DNA of 64,000 nt from an uncultured Planctomycetia bacterium (lineage in GTDB: Bacteria; Omnitrophota; Gorgyraeia; 1-14-0-20-64-10). Positions 47,703 through 58,438 of the stretch are shown one piece after another. Within the stretch, counting starts at the first letter, position 1, and each line of letters starts with the position of its first letter. The stretch spans positions 13,695 through 77,694 of the forward strand of contig CAZQXN010000006.1 of NCBI GenBank assembly GCA_964597545.1, read 5' to 3'. The translations under genes and the position numbers were made by a program. The notes below the pieces were generated by a model, which was given only the letters and a program-made list of their open reading frames with translations, did not search any database and was not told the origin of the DNA.

Positions 47703-49717
47703 GCGCTGAAGGGGCAGTGCAGGGAACCGGCCAAGAGGATCTTCGGGTCGGCTTCTACGTCTGCCATTGCGGCGTCAATATCGCCTCGATGATTGACGTC
47801 AAGGCCGTGGCCGAGTTTGCTTCCAAGCTGCCGGGTGTGGTCCTCTCGCGAGAGTACAAATACATGTGCTCTGATCCGGGCCAGGAGTTGATCTCCCAGG
47901 ACATCCGAGACAACCGCCTAAACCGCATTGTGGTGGCTGCCTGCTCGCCGCTTCTGCATGAAGAGACCTTCCGCAAGGCGACTGCCAGCGGGGGCTTAAA
48001 CCCCTTCTTTTTTCACATGGTCAACATCCGGGAGCACGACGCCTGGGTCCATGAGGATCGGGCCTCTGCCACCGAGAAGGCAATCGACTTGGTCCGCGCT
48101 GCGATTGCGCGTGTCGCAGCACACAAGGCCCTTGAGAAGAAACAGGTGCCTGTCCACCCGGATGTCTTGGTCTTGGGCGGCGGCATTGCCGGCATCCAGG
48201 CGGCCTTGACGCTGGCCAATGCCGGCAAGAAAGTGACCTTGGTTGAGCGGGAAGCGACGATCGGCGGCCACATGGCGCAGTTTGACAAGACCTTCCCGAC
48301 CCTTGATTGCTCCGCCTGCATCCTGACCCCTAAGATGTCTGCGGTCAGATCCCACCCCAACATCACCCTTTGGACCTATTCCGAGGTGACCCAGGTCGAC
48401 GGTTTTGTGGGCAACTTCACCGTGACCGTCAAGCGCAAGCCCCGCTACATCAAGGAGGATCTTTGCGTGGGCTGCCTGGAGTGTGTGGAGGCGTGCGTCT
48501 ACAAGGTAGGGCGAACCCCGGATGAGTTCAACATGGGGCTCTCCAAGCGCAAGCCGGTTTACATGCCCTTTCCGCAGGCCACCCCTCAGGTGGTGTTGAT
48601 CGATCCTGAGAGCTGCATTCAGCTTAAATCCGGCAAGTGCAAGCAGACCTGTGTCGAGGCTTGCGGGGACCGCAATGCAGTGGATCTCAAGCAGCTCGAG
48701 GAGATCAAGACCGTTGAAGTCGGCACCATCATTGTGGCGACCGGGTTTAAGACCTTTGACCCCAAGCACACCCCCTATTACGGCTATGGGATTTACCCGG
48801 ATGTCTACACCGCCTTGGAGGTGGAGCGGCTGATCAACGCCTCCGGACCCACCGCGGGCGAGGTCGTGCTTAAGGACGGGCGCAAGCCTAAATCCATCGC
48901 CATCATCCACTGCGTGGGCTCCAGAGACAATTTGACCAATAAGTGGTGTTCCCGGGTCTGTTGCATGTACTCGATGAAGCTGGCGCATCTCATCAAGGAG
49001 AGGACCCAGGCCGAGGTGTACAACTTCTACATCGACATCCGCGCACCCGGCAAGGGATATGAAGAGTTCTACGACCGCCTGCTGGGCGAGGGGGTCCACT
49101 TCATCCGAGGCCGAGTGGCTGAGGTGACCGATGCGGTGATGCCAGGAGAGGAGGCCGGTAAGTTGATCGTCCGCGCGGAGGATACCTTGAGCGGTTTTAT
49201 GCGGCGGGTGCCTGCAGACATGGTGGTCTTGGCTACGGGCCTCGAGCCCAGAGACGACGCCCAGGATGTGCGCAGGCTCTTCAACATGACCTGCTCCACT
49301 GAGGGGTGGTTCCTGGAGCGGCATCCCAAGCTTGCCCCTGTGGAGACATTCACTGACGGCATCTTTATTGCCGGCGGCTGCCAGGGCCCCAAGGACATCC
49401 CGGATACCGTGGCCCAGGCCGGCGCTGCCGCTGCTCAAGCTCTGGCTCTTATTGATACCGGGCACGTGGAGTTAGAGCCCAACACCGCCTACATTGCTGA
49501 AGAGGACTGCTCAGGCTGCAAGTCCTGTATACCGCTGTGCCCCTATACGGCGATCTCCTATGTGGAGGAGAAGAAAAAGGCCGAGATTAACGAGGCGCTG
49601 TGCAAGGGCTGCGGAACCTGCGTGGCCTCTTGCCCCTCCGGCTCCATCCGGCAGAACCTGTTTGAGGACGAAGAGATTTATAAAGAGATTGAGGGGGTGC
49701 AGTCCCATGACAAGTGA
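47699..49717 (+). CDS. hdrA: Heterodisulfide reductase subunit A
   Basis: CHCGVNI, GGGIAG, KTFPTLDC and CSRVCC motifs. Confidence 0.95.
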   Translation: MSAEGAVQGTGQEDLRVGFYVCHCGVNIASMIDVKAVAEFASKLPGVVLSREYKYMCSDPGQELISQDIRDNRLNRIVVAACSPLLHEETFRKATASGGLNPFFFHMVNIREHDAWVHEDRASATEKAIDLVRAAIARVAAHKALEKKQVPVHPDVLVLGGGIAGIQAALTLANAGKKVTLVEREATIGGHMAQFDKTFPTLDCSACILTPKMSAVRSHPNITLWTYSEVTQVDGFVGNFTVTVKRKPRYIKEDLCVGCLECVEACVYKVGRTPDEFNMGLSKRKPVYMPFPQATPQVVLIDPESCIQLKSGKCKQTCVEACGDRNAVDLKQLEEIKTVEVGTIIVATGFKTFDPKHTPYYGYGIYPDVYTALEVERLINASGPTAGEVVLKDGRKPKSIAIIHCVGSRDNLTNKWCSRVCCMYSMKLAHLIKERTQAEVYNFYIDIRAPGKGYEEFYDRLLGEGVHFIRGRVAEVTDAVMPGEEAGKLIVRAEDTLSGFMRRVPADMVVLATGLEPRDDAQDVRRLFNMTCSTEGWFLERHPKLAPVETFTDGIFIAGGCQGPKDIPDTVAQAGAAAAQALALIDTGHVELEPNTAYIAEEDCSGCKSCIPLCPYTAISYVEEKKKAEINEALCKGCGTCVASCPSGSIRQNLFEDEEIYKEIEGVQSHDK

Positions 49718-50192
49718 TTGGGAGCCGCGGATTGTGGCCTTCTTCTGTAACTGGTGCACCTATACCGCTGCGGATTTGGCAGGTGTTTCCCGCATGAAAT
49801 ATGCCTCCAATGTGCGGATCATTCGACTGATGTGCTCAGGCCGGGTGGATCCGCAGTTTGTGCTGGAGGCCTTTGCCAAAGGGGCTGACGGGGTCTTGAT
49901 CGGCGGCTGCCACCCCGGCGACTGCCATTACATCGAGGGCAATCACAAGGCGATGCGGCGGGTGCGCCTGATGAAGCGGTTGCTCAAGGATATGGGAATT
50001 GAGGAGGAGCGTTTCCGCTTGGAGTGGATCTCTGCTTCGGAGGGGGATAAGGTCAAATCGGTTATTAACGAGATGGTCGAGCAGCTTAAAGCATTGGGTC
50101 CCCTGGCGCTGCCCAAGCGTTTTGTCGACTGGGACAAGGAATGCGCTGAGATGGCCGCCGGGTCCGGACAGGAGCAAGCCCACCATGGGTGA
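49707..50192 (+). CDS. mvhD: F420-non-reducing hydrogenase delta subunit
   Basis: CNWC, MCSGRV and GCHPGDCHY; ATG 49707. Confidence 0.93.
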   Translation: MTSDWEPRIVAFFCNWCTYTAADLAGVSRMKYASNVRIIRLMCSGRVDPQFVLEAFAKGADGVLIGGCHPGDCHYIEGNHKAMRRVRLMKRLLKDMGIEEERFRLEWISASEGDKVKSVINEMVEQLKALGPLALPKRFVDWDKECAEMAAGSGQEQAHHG

Positions 50193-51171
50193 GAAGCCGA
50201 AGGTTGCCTTTTACTGGTGCGCCTCCTGCGGGGGATGCGAGGAGTCGATCGTAGATCTCGCCGAGGATCTGCTCAGAGTCACAGAGGCGGTTGATATTGT
50301 CTTTTGGCCGGTGGGGCTGGATTTTAAGCGTAAGGATGTGGAGGCGCTGCCGGACGGGGCGATCTTGGCCTGTCTCCTCAATGGCGCCATTCGGACCTCT
50401 GAGCAGGAGGAGATGGCCCGGTTGCTGCGCAGAAAGAGCCAGGTGATGGTTGCCTATGGCGCCTGCGCTCACATGGGGGGTATTCCGGGCCTTGCCAACC
50501 AGTTCAGCCGCGAGCAGCTCTTGAAGTACGTTTACGAAGAGGCCCCTTCGGTTGATAACCCCGACAAGACCCGTCCGATGCCTAAGTTTGAAGAAGCCGG
50601 CCGCACTGCAACCCTGCCTGTTTTCCGAAACATGGTGCGCTCATTGGACCAAGTGGTGGATGTGGAGTATTACCTGCCGGGTTGCCCGCCCACCCCAGGG
50701 CTTCTCAAGGAGGCAGTCTTTACACTGCTCTCCGGCAAGCTCCCTCCAAAGGGAACAGTCCTGGCCCCGGATATTGCCCTGTGTGATACCTGTCCTCGCA
50801 AGGAGTCCAAGCCCACAGATGTTAGCTTCACTGAGCTTAAGCGCCCGCACGTCTCTGAGATCGATCCGGAGGCTTGTTTGCTGGCCCAGGGGTTTGTCTG
50901 CATGGGTCCTGCCACTCGCGGTGGGTGTGAGGCCCTGTGCGTGAACGGCAACATGCCCTGCACCGGTTGTTTCGGCCCGACCTCCCGCGTGCGGGACCAG
51001 GGGGCCAAGATCCTCTCCTCCATCTCCGCCAATATCTCGGCGACCGAAGAAGAAGGGGCAGACAAGATTCTGTCGGGATTGCCGGATCCGGTGGGCACCT
51101 TTTACCGCTATGGGCTGGCCAAGTCTCTAATGAGGCGCAACCTGGCTGCCGGCCAGGAGAAGAAGGGATAA
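50185..51171 (+). CDS. mvhG: [NiFe] group 3c hydrogenase small subunit
   Basis: CASCGGC, GACA and PGCPP; ATG 50185. Confidence 0.9.
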   Translation: MGEKPKVAFYWCASCGGCEESIVDLAEDLLRVTEAVDIVFWPVGLDFKRKDVEALPDGAILACLLNGAIRTSEQEEMARLLRRKSQVMVAYGACAHMGGIPGLANQFSREQLLKYVYEEAPSVDNPDKTRPMPKFEEAGRTATLPVFRNMVRSLDQVVDVEYYLPGCPPTPGLLKEAVFTLLSGKLPPKGTVLAPDIALCDTCPRKESKPTDVSFTELKRPHVSEIDPEACLLAQGFVCMGPATRGGCEALCVNGNMPCTGCFGPTSRVRDQGAKILSSISANISATEEEGADKILSGLPDPVGTFYRYGLAKSLMRRNLAAGQEKKG

Positions 51172-51179
51172 CCTTAAAG

Positions 51180-52727
51180 ATGGACAAAGAAATCCAGAAG
51201 AACTGGGAGAGGGGCCGGGCCGGCGCAGATGAGAGTTATCTCAAGAAGCGGCGCGTAGTGATTGACCCGATCACCCGCCTGGAGGGGCACGGCAAGGTCG
51301 ACATTCATCTTAACGAGGAAGGGGATGTGGACCGGGCCTATTTCCAGATACCGGAGCTCAGAGGTTTTGAGGTCTTTAGTCTCGGCCGCCCGGCTGAGGA
51401 CATGCCGCAGATTACCAGCCGCATCTGCGGGGTCTGCCCCACCGCCCATCACATGGCTGCCACCAAGGCGCTGGATGATCTGTATCAGGTGGAGCCCACC
51501 CCGGCGGCCAAGAAGATCCGGGAACTTGTCTACAACACCTTCATGCTTGAGGATCACGCCCTCCATGTCTATATCCTGGGTGGGCCGGACTTCATTGTGG
51601 GACCCGATGCGCCGGCCGAGACCCGCAATGTCCTCGGCGTCATTGAGAAGGTGGGTGTGGAGGTGGGCAAGAGGGTCATCGCCACTCGGCGCCGCCTGCG
51701 GGAATTGATCACCCATTTGGGTGGCAAGGTGATCCACCCGGTTCTGGGGCTTCCAGGCGGAGTGGCCAAGGGGTTGACCCAAGAGGAGCTGCCGCACTTT
51801 CAGCAATTGGCCAAGGACGCGGTGGAATTTGCAGAGTTTACCCTGCAGGTTTTCCGGGACCTGGTCTTAAAGAACGACGCCTACGTCAAGCTCATCACCT
51901 CAGATCACTACACGCATAAGACTTACTACATGGGTTTGGTGGATGAGGCAAACAAGGTCAACTTCTATGACGGCAAGATTCGCGTGGTTGATCCGGAGGG
52001 GAAGGTCTTAACCGATTTTGCCCCGCAGCAGTACCTTGACCACGTCGCCGAGCATGTGGAGCCTTGGAGCTATGTCAAATTCTGCTACTTAAAATCCGTC
52101 GGCTGGCAGGGTTTTGCTGAAGGGCCGGAGAGCGGCATCTATGCGGTGGCCCCTCTGGCTCGGCTCAATGCCTCTGACGGTATGGCCACCCCTAAGGCCC
52201 AGAAGGCGTACGAGGAGTTTTATGCGATCTTGGGGGGCAAGCCGGTCCACCACACCCTGGCCAACCATTGGGCCCGGGTGGTGGAGATGGTCTATGCGGC
52301 CGAGCGGATCGAAGAGCTGCTCGACGACCCGGAGATTACCAGCACCGATCTTCGCGTCATCCCCACCAAGACCCCCAAGGTTGGCATGGGGGTGGTGGAG
52401 GCGCCCCGAGGCACCCTGTTCCATCACTTTGAAACCGATGAAAAGGGTTTGCTTACCAAGGTGAACCTCATTGTTGCCACCCAGAACAACGCAGGCCGCA
52501 TCGCCATGAGCGTGGAGAAGGCCGCCAAGGGCTTGATCCGCAAGGGTAAGGTTTCTGACGGCTTGCTGAACATGGTGGAGATGGCATTCCGCGCTTACGA
52601 CCCCTGTCACGCTTGCGCCACCCACTCGCTTCCCGGCCAGATGCCCCTGATTTTGCAGGTGCGTGATGCGTCGGGCCGCGTTGTTGAGGAGGTCAGCCGA
52701 TGCGTGACCCCAAACCCCGCACCTTAA
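51180..52727 (+). CDS. mvhA: [NiFe] group 3c hydrogenase large subunit
   Basis: TRLEGH, RICGVC and DPCHACATH; ATG 51180. Confidence 0.92.
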   Translation: MDKEIQKNWERGRAGADESYLKKRRVVIDPITRLEGHGKVDIHLNEEGDVDRAYFQIPELRGFEVFSLGRPAEDMPQITSRICGVCPTAHHMAATKALDDLYQVEPTPAAKKIRELVYNTFMLEDHALHVYILGGPDFIVGPDAPAETRNVLGVIEKVGVEVGKRVIATRRRLRELITHLGGKVIHPVLGLPGGVAKGLTQEELPHFQQLAKDAVEFAEFTLQVFRDLVLKNDAYVKLITSDHYTHKTYYMGLVDEANKVNFYDGKIRVVDPEGKVLTDFAPQQYLDHVAEHVEPWSYVKFCYLKSVGWQGFAEGPESGIYAVAPLARLNASDGMATPKAQKAYEEFYAILGGKPVHHTLANHWARVVEMVYAAERIEELLDDPEITSTDLRVIPTKTPKVGMGVVEAPRGTLFHHFETDEKGLLTKVNLIVATQNNAGRIAMSVEKAAKGLIRKGKVSDGLLNMVEMAFRAYDPCHACATHSLPGQMPLILQVRDASGRVVEEVSRCVTPNPAP

Positions 52728-53194
52728 TCCTCGCTTTCGGCAACGACATTCAGGGTGACGATGCGGTGGGGCTCGTTGCCGCACGGATGTTGAAGCAGGA
52801 GCTTCCCGAGGTGGAGGTGATGGAGGTTCCGGGAGCCGGCATGGATCTCTTAGAGCTGTGCGAGGGTCACACGCACGCCCTTTTGCTGGATGCGGTGGTG
52901 ACCGCACAGCACCCCCCAGGCACTGTTTTGCACTTCAGCCGCGAGGATTTCCAGAAGGTGGTGGCCCCCTCCCTGCATTACGCGGGGCTCCCTGAGATCT
53001 TCGGTATCTCTGAGAAGCTCAAGCTGCCTTTCCCCAAGACCTTTCGCATCTTGGCCATTGAGATTGAAAAGTCCGATGATTTCCGAGAGGGCTTAGGTCC
53101 AGAGATTCAAGCGGCTTTGCCCCGCTATGTGGATGAGGCTCGAGCGATCTTGAAGAGTTGGAACACAGAGGCAGCATGCACGAATACTCATTGA
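52700..53194 (+). CDS. Hydrogenase maturation endopeptidase
   Basis: GN...GDDAVG, LDA and SLH motifs. Confidence 0.9.
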   Translation: MRDPKPRTLILAFGNDIQGDDAVGLVAARMLKQELPEVEVMEVPGAGMDLLELCEGHTHALLLDAVVTAQHPPGTVLHFSREDFQKVVAPSLHYAGLPEIFGISEKLKLPFPKTFRILAIEIEKSDDFREGLGPEIQAALPRYVDEARAILKSWNTEAACTNTH

Positions 53195-55926
53195 TGCAGG
53201 GGGTGATTGAGGCGATCCTGGCCGACCTCAAGCGGCAGGGGATTGCTGAGGCTGCGCGGATTGAGGAGGTGGCGCTGAGCATCGGGGCTTTAAGCATTCA
53301 CTCCGCAGAATCCTGCGAACAGGCCTTTGAGATTGAAACCCAAGGAACACCGTTGGAAGGGGCGCGCCTGAACCTGACGGTGGTCCCCATCACCCTTCGC
53401 TGTCCCGCCTGTGGGTTTAAGGGCAGCTGCCCCTCAGGCAAATGCGATCCGCACCAATCGGTGCCTTACTTGGAGTGCCCCTCCTGTTCCGGAATGGCTC
53501 ATGTGGAAGGGGGCAGGGGGGTGGAATCGATCCATCTGGTGACCGACGGCGAGACCCCCGAGATCCTCTCCGGCGCGGCCCCCTCTCTTCGTCTGCGCGT
53601 AACGGTGCGCGGTGCGGTACAGGGTGTGGGATTTCGTCCCTTTATCTATCGCCTTGCCACTGAATTGGGTTTAGCCGGTGAGGTGACCAATACCCCCCAG
53701 GGTGTTTTGATCGAGGTCGAAGGTCCTCCGGAGCCGCTCAAGGCCTTTTTGTTAAGGATTGAGCGGGAGAAGCCCCCTCACGCATCGATCCAAAGCCTGG
53801 AATCGACCTATCTGGATCCCGCGGGATTTGCCTCCTTTGAGATTCGACCCAGCAAAACTCAAGGCTTAAAACGCGCGCTGGTGATGCCAGACATCGCCAC
53901 CTGCCCGGAGTGCTTAAAGGAACTCAATGATCCCAAGGACCGGCGCTACCAATACCCCTTTATCAACTGTACCCACTGCGGGCCCCGCTTTTCTCTGATT
54001 ACAAATCTTCCGTACGACCGGCCCAATACCACCATGGCACGCTTTACCTTGTGTGATGCTTGCCAGGTTGAGTACGACGATCCCCAAAGCCGCCGTTTCC
54101 ATGCCCAGCCCAATGCGTGTCCGGAGTGCGGCCCGAGCCTGGCTCTTTGGGACCCCCAGGGAAAAGCGTTGGCCGAGCGCGATGAAGCGCTGCGCTTAAG
54201 CGTCCAGGCCATTCGAGAGGGGAAGATCGTCGCAGTCAAGGGCCTTGGGGGGTTTCATCTGGTTGTGGATGCGGCCAACCAGCAGGCGGTCTTGCGTCTG
54301 CGCGAACGCAAGCACCGGGAAGAAAAACCCTTTGCCTTGATGGTTCCGACCTTGGAGAGCATCCGGGAGCACTGCGATTGCTCAGCCCTCGAGGAGCGCC
54401 TCTTGCGCTCACCCGAGGCACCCATTGTTTTGCTGCGGCGCAAGAATGAAGTTCGTCAAGGGGTGATTGCGGGGTCAGTCGCTCCTGACAACCCTAACCT
54501 CGGGGTGATGCTCCCCTATACGCCGCTGCATCATCTCTTGCTGGCTGAGTTGGGTGCACCCATTGTGGCAACCAGCGGCAACTTGTCAGATGAACCGATC
54601 TGCACCGATGAACAGGAGGCGCTGGAACGCCTGAGCGGCATCGCAGATCTCTTCCTGGTCCACGATCGTCCGATTGCCCGCCATGTTGATGATTCGATTG
54701 TCCGTGTGGTGATGAACCGGGAGCTGGTGCTGCGCCGCGCCCGCGGTTTTGCCCCCCTTCCGGTGACCTTGAAGACTCCTGTTGAGAATTGCATGGCCGT
54801 GGGGGGGCATCTCAAGAACACTGTGGCCGTTGCCTTTGAGAATCAAACGGTGCTCAGTCAGCACATCGGCGATTTGGAGACTGCCGAGGCCTCCAAGGTT
54901 TTTCAGGAGACCTTCGGAGATTTTCAGAAATTTTACGAGGTGGATCCTCGGACAGTTGCTTGCGATGCGCACCCTGACTACCGCTCCACGTGCTTTGCCA
55001 AGGGCTTGGGGCTGCCGACGGTGCAGGTGCAGCACCATGAGGCGCATGTGCGAGCCTGCATGGCTGAGAATGAGTTGGACGGCACAGTGCTCGGCGCTGC
55101 CTGGGATGGAACCGGTTATGGATCAGACAGCACCATCTGGGGCGGCGAGTTCCTGCTGGTGGATGGGTCCTCGTGCCGGCGCGTTGCCCACCTGCGCCCC
55201 TTTGACTTGCCCGGCGGCGAACAGGCGGTTAAGGAGCCCGGGCGCATTGCGCTGGGTTTGCTGGAGGCGTTGGGGGGCGAGAAGCTTGCCGGGTATGATG
55301 CCTTAGCGCCGGTGAAATCCTTTAACGCGCGTGAACGCGAGATTATTTTGCGCATGCTTAAGCAGAAGATCAACACCCCAGTTACCTCAAGCGCCGGTCG
55401 GCTCTTTGATGCGGTTGCTTCCCTGGTGGGCTTGCGTCAGATCTGTCGGTTTGAGGCGCAGGCTGCGATGGAGCTTGAATATGCGGCTGAGGGGGTCCGG
55501 ACCGATCAAGCCTATTTTATGGCAGCGGCGCCCTGTGCGTTGGCGCATGCTAAGTCAGAGCCGCACCTCATGATAGATTGGGAGCCGATGATCTTGGAAC
55601 TCCTCAAGGATCTGTGCGCCGGCACACCGGTCAGCGAAATCTCAGCAAAATTCCACAATGGATTGGCCCAAACCATTGCGGCTGTCGCAGGGCAGGTGGG
55701 TGCAGCGCGGGTGGTCCTTGCCGGCGGCTGTTTTCAGAATCGCATTCTAACCGAACAGGCAGTCAACCGCTTGCAGGCGGCGGGATTTAAACCTTATTGG
55801 CACCAGAGGGTGCCGCCCAATGACGGCGGCATCGCCCTTGGGCAGATTGCTGCGGCAGCCCGCATATTTGAACATGCGCCCAAGAAGGAGGAGGCATGTG
55901 CCTCGGTATCCCCGGTAAAATCCTAG
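53176..55926 (+). CDS. hypF: HypA-HypF fusion (Ni metallochaperone plus carbamoyltransferase)
   Basis: N-terminal MHE...CPAC...CPSC (HypA), then GAVQGVGFRP, zinc fingers, HHEAH and PPNDGGIALGQ (HypF). Confidence 0.9.
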   Translation: MHEYSLMQGVIEAILADLKRQGIAEAARIEEVALSIGALSIHSAESCEQAFEIETQGTPLEGARLNLTVVPITLRCPACGFKGSCPSGKCDPHQSVPYLECPSCSGMAHVEGGRGVESIHLVTDGETPEILSGAAPSLRLRVTVRGAVQGVGFRPFIYRLATELGLAGEVTNTPQGVLIEVEGPPEPLKAFLLRIEREKPPHASIQSLESTYLDPAGFASFEIRPSKTQGLKRALVMPDIATCPECLKELNDPKDRRYQYPFINCTHCGPRFSLITNLPYDRPNTTMARFTLCDACQVEYDDPQSRRFHAQPNACPECGPSLALWDPQGKALAERDEALRLSVQAIREGKIVAVKGLGGFHLVVDAANQQAVLRLRERKHREEKPFALMVPTLESIREHCDCSALEERLLRSPEAPIVLLRRKNEVRQGVIAGSVAPDNPNLGVMLPYTPLHHLLLAELGAPIVATSGNLSDEPICTDEQEALERLSGIADLFLVHDRPIARHVDDSIVRVVMNRELVLRRARGFAPLPVTLKTPVENCMAVGGHLKNTVAVAFENQTVLSQHIGDLETAEASKVFQETFGDFQKFYEVDPRTVACDAHPDYRSTCFAKGLGLPTVQVQHHEAHVRACMAENELDGTVLGAAWDGTGYGSDSTIWGGEFLLVDGSSCRRVAHLRPFDLPGGEQAVKEPGRIALGLLEALGGEKLAGYDALAPVKSFNAREREIILRMLKQKINTPVTSSAGRLFDAVASLVGLRQICRFEAQAAMELEYAAEGVRTDQAYFMAAAPCALAHAKSEPHLMIDWEPMILELLKDLCAGTPVSEISAKFHNGLAQTIAAVAGQVGAARVVLAGGCFQNRILTEQAVNRLQAAGFKPYWHQRVPPNDGGIALGQIAAAARIFEHAPKKEEACASVSPVKS

Positions 55927-56150
55927 AGATTGATACCCAAGGCCCCTTGAAACGCCAGGGCAAGGCCAGCTTCGGCGGCATTGTTAAAGAGGTCAATCTC
56001 TCCTATGTTCCCGAGGCCGAGGTGGGCCAATACGTCATCGTGCACGTTGGCTTTGCCATCAGCGTCATCAATGAGGCCGAGGCCCAGGAGACCCTCTCTT
56101 ATCTTAAAGAGATGGGGGAACTGGCTGAGCTCGAGGGCACGTCGGAATGA
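55896..56150 (+). CDS. hypC: Hydrogenase maturation chaperone
   Basis: MCLGIPG...VHVGFA. Confidence 0.96.
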   Translation: MCLGIPGKILEIDTQGPLKRQGKASFGGIVKEVNLSYVPEAEVGQYVIVHVGFAISVINEAEAQETLSYLKEMGELAELEGTSE

Positions 56151-57256
56151 AATTCATCGACGAGTATCGCGATGTTGAATTGGCCCAACAGTATGCCCGG
56201 GCCATTACGCGCCTGACCACAAAGCCCTGGACCCTCATGGAGGTCTGCGGAGGGCAGACGCACGCGATCGTGAAATTCGGAATTGACGAGCTGCTGCCTC
56301 GGCAGATCACCTTGGTCCATGGGCCGGGGTGCCCGGTTTGTGTGACCCCATTGGAGTTGATCGACAAGGGCATTGCCATTGCATCCACTCCTAAGACAAT
56401 CTTCTGCTCCTTCGGGGACATGCTCCGTGTGCCCGGAAGCAAGCAGGACCTCTTTGCGGTTAAGGCTGCCGGGGGTGACATCCGCGTGGTCTACTCTCCC
56501 CTGGATGCGGTGAAAATCGCTCAGCAGAACCCAGAGCGTGAGGTGGTCTTCTTTGCCGTGGGCTTTGAGACCACGGCACCTGCCAACGCCATGGCGGTTT
56601 ACCAAGCCCGTCAGCTTAAACTTGCGAACTTTTCGATCTTAGTCTCCCACGCCTTGGTTCCTCCGGCCATGGAGGCGGTCCTCTCCTCCAAGCAGGCGCG
56701 CGTGCAAGGTTTCTTGGCGGCCGGCCATGTCTGCACCGTGATGGGGTATACCGAGTACGAGCCGATTGCGGAAAAACACCAGGTACCCATTGTGGTTACC
56801 GGTTTTGAGCCGGTCGATATCCTCCAGGGGGTCTTGATGTGCGTTAAGCAGTTGGAGGGGGGCAGAGCAGAGGTTGAGAACCAGTATGCTCGCTCAGTCA
56901 AGCGACAAGGAAACGCACCGGCGCTAAAACTCATCCGAGAGGTTTTCAAAGTTGTGCCCCGCAAGTGGCGCGGAATCGGAGAAATCCCTCAAAGCGGCCT
57001 GGGGCTGACCTCAAGCTACAGCGCTTTTGATGCTGAGCAGCGTTTTGGTGTAGCCGCCGAAAGCGTTGAGGAATCCAGTGAGTGTGTGAGCGGCCTTATC
57101 CTTCAGGGGCTGAGGAAACCTGACTCCTGCCCTGCTTTTGGAACGCGATGCACCCCGGAGCATCCCCTGGGGGCAACGATGGTATCTTCCGAAGGGGCCT
57201 GTGCGGCCTACTACCGATTCCGGTGGGTAAAGCCGCAAGAGGCCCACCGTGCCTGA
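56147..57256 (+). CDS. hypD: Hydrogenase formation protein
   Basis: MEVCG, GPGCPVC, GFETT and MVSSEGAC motifs. Confidence 0.97.
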   Translation: MKFIDEYRDVELAQQYARAITRLTTKPWTLMEVCGGQTHAIVKFGIDELLPRQITLVHGPGCPVCVTPLELIDKGIAIASTPKTIFCSFGDMLRVPGSKQDLFAVKAAGGDIRVVYSPLDAVKIAQQNPEREVVFFAVGFETTAPANAMAVYQARQLKLANFSILVSHALVPPAMEAVLSSKQARVQGFLAAGHVCTVMGYTEYEPIAEKHQVPIVVTGFEPVDILQGVLMCVKQLEGGRAEVENQYARSVKRQGNAPALKLIREVFKVVPRKWRGIGEIPQSGLGLTSSYSAFDAEQRFGVAAESVEESSECVSGLILQGLRKPDSCPAFGTRCTPEHPLGATMVSSEGACAAYYRFRWVKPQEAHRA

Positions 57257-58304
57257 GACCCATCCCCCCACATTCTCCTGCCCAGCGCCTAAGACCGATC
57301 GCTCCACAGTTCAATTGGCGCACGGCGGCGGCGGTACTTTGATGCGCTCCTTGATCGAAACACTCTTTAAGCCGGCTTTCAGTAACCCAGAGCTAGATCG
57401 TTTGCATGACGGAGCAGTCCTTGAGCTGGGCGGGACCCGTTTTGCTTTTACAACCGATTCCTATGTGGTGCACCCCCTCTTCTTTTCTGGCGGCGATATC
57501 GGCAAGCTGGCGGTCTGCGGCACCCTCAATGACTTGGCGATGTGCGGCGCACGCCCAATAGCTTTGAGTGTAGGCTTCATTTTAGAAGAGGGGCTTCCCA
57601 TGGAGACCCTCAAGCGTGTCGTGGAATCCATGCGGCTCTCAGCAGAGGCGGCCGGGGTCAAGCTGGTCACCGGGGACACCAAGGTGGTGGACAAGGGCAA
57701 GGGGGACGGCCTCTTTATCAACACCGCAGGGATTGGCACCTTGGAGTACAAGGGCACCATCGCACCCGAGAAGATCCAAACCGGCGATGCCATTCTCTTA
57801 AGCGGCGACATCGGCCGCCATGGCATGGCGATCATGGCTGCTCGTGAGGGTTTAAGCTTTGAGGGGGCGATTGAGAGCGACTGTGCGGACCTATCAAGCT
57901 TAATCCAGGAGCTGATCCGCTCTGAAATTGGGATCCACTGTCTGCGGGACCTGACCCGCGGGGGTCTTGCGAGTGCCCTGGTTGAGATTGCCGAGGCTGC
58001 CAAGCGGGATTTGGCCGTTGAAGAACGAGCCATTTCAGTGCGCCAAGAGGTGCAGGGGGCTTGTGAGATCTTGGGACTCGACCCCCTCTATGCTGCCAAT
58101 GAAGGCAGATTCATTGCTTTTGTACCTGAGTCTTGCGCCAAGCAAGCGCTCGCTGTGCTTACGGCACACCCCCTGGGTCAGGGGGCGTCGCAGATTGGCG
58201 CAGTACAAAAGAGCAATCAGGGCCTCGTCACCCTAAAAACCGCCATAGGCGCCAGTCGGCTTGTTGATATGTTAAGCGGCGAGCAGCTCCCGCGAATCTG
58301 CTAA
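57249..58304 (+). CDS. hypE: Carbamoyl dehydratase
   Basis: AHGGGG, TGDTKV, DLTRGG and C-terminal PRIC. Confidence 0.97.
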   Translation: MPETHPPTFSCPAPKTDRSTVQLAHGGGGTLMRSLIETLFKPAFSNPELDRLHDGAVLELGGTRFAFTTDSYVVHPLFFSGGDIGKLAVCGTLNDLAMCGARPIALSVGFILEEGLPMETLKRVVESMRLSAEAAGVKLVTGDTKVVDKGKGDGLFINTAGIGTLEYKGTIAPEKIQTGDAILLSGDIGRHGMAIMAAREGLSFEGAIESDCADLSSLIQELIRSEIGIHCLRDLTRGGLASALVEIAEAAKRDLAVEERAISVRQEVQGACEILGLDPLYAANEGRFIAFVPESCAKQALAVLTAHPLGQGASQIGAVQKSNQGLVTLKTAIGASRLVDMLSGEQLPRIC

Positions 58305-58369
58305 CCCGTTATGAACAAAAGAGTTACGGGCCGATCATCCGACCAACAGGATAGGCGATCTCTCCAGAT

Positions 58370-58428
58370 GTTAGTAATAACAGAATCTAGCATACATCTT
58401 GATCTTCCAGTTTCCCACCGGGTATACT
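58370..58428 (+). promoter_or_regulatory. GTTAGTA box plus sigma70-like promoter of giant gene 3
   Basis: GTTAGTA at 58370; TTGATC-N18-TATACT. Confidence 0.5.
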
Positions 58429-58438
58429 TTACTTATCA

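Noticed and set aside
47996-49465. Long antisense ORFs (e.g. 489 aa here, 33453..34433, 13243..14229, 59318..60304)
   Set aside because: Shadow frames of well-supported genes in GC-rich DNA, with no recognisable motifs
51145-51165. GCCGGCCAGGAGAAG (AGQEK) at the end of mvhG2, and TGQED/SGQEQ in hdrA2/mvhD2, as extra linkers
   Set aside because: Isolated imperfect matches near gene ends or starts where SD-like purine runs are expected; not counted
33087-52727. Selenocysteine-containing Hdr/Mvh subunits
   Set aside because: All ORFs are complete with Cys at the relevant motifs; no in-frame TGA is needed
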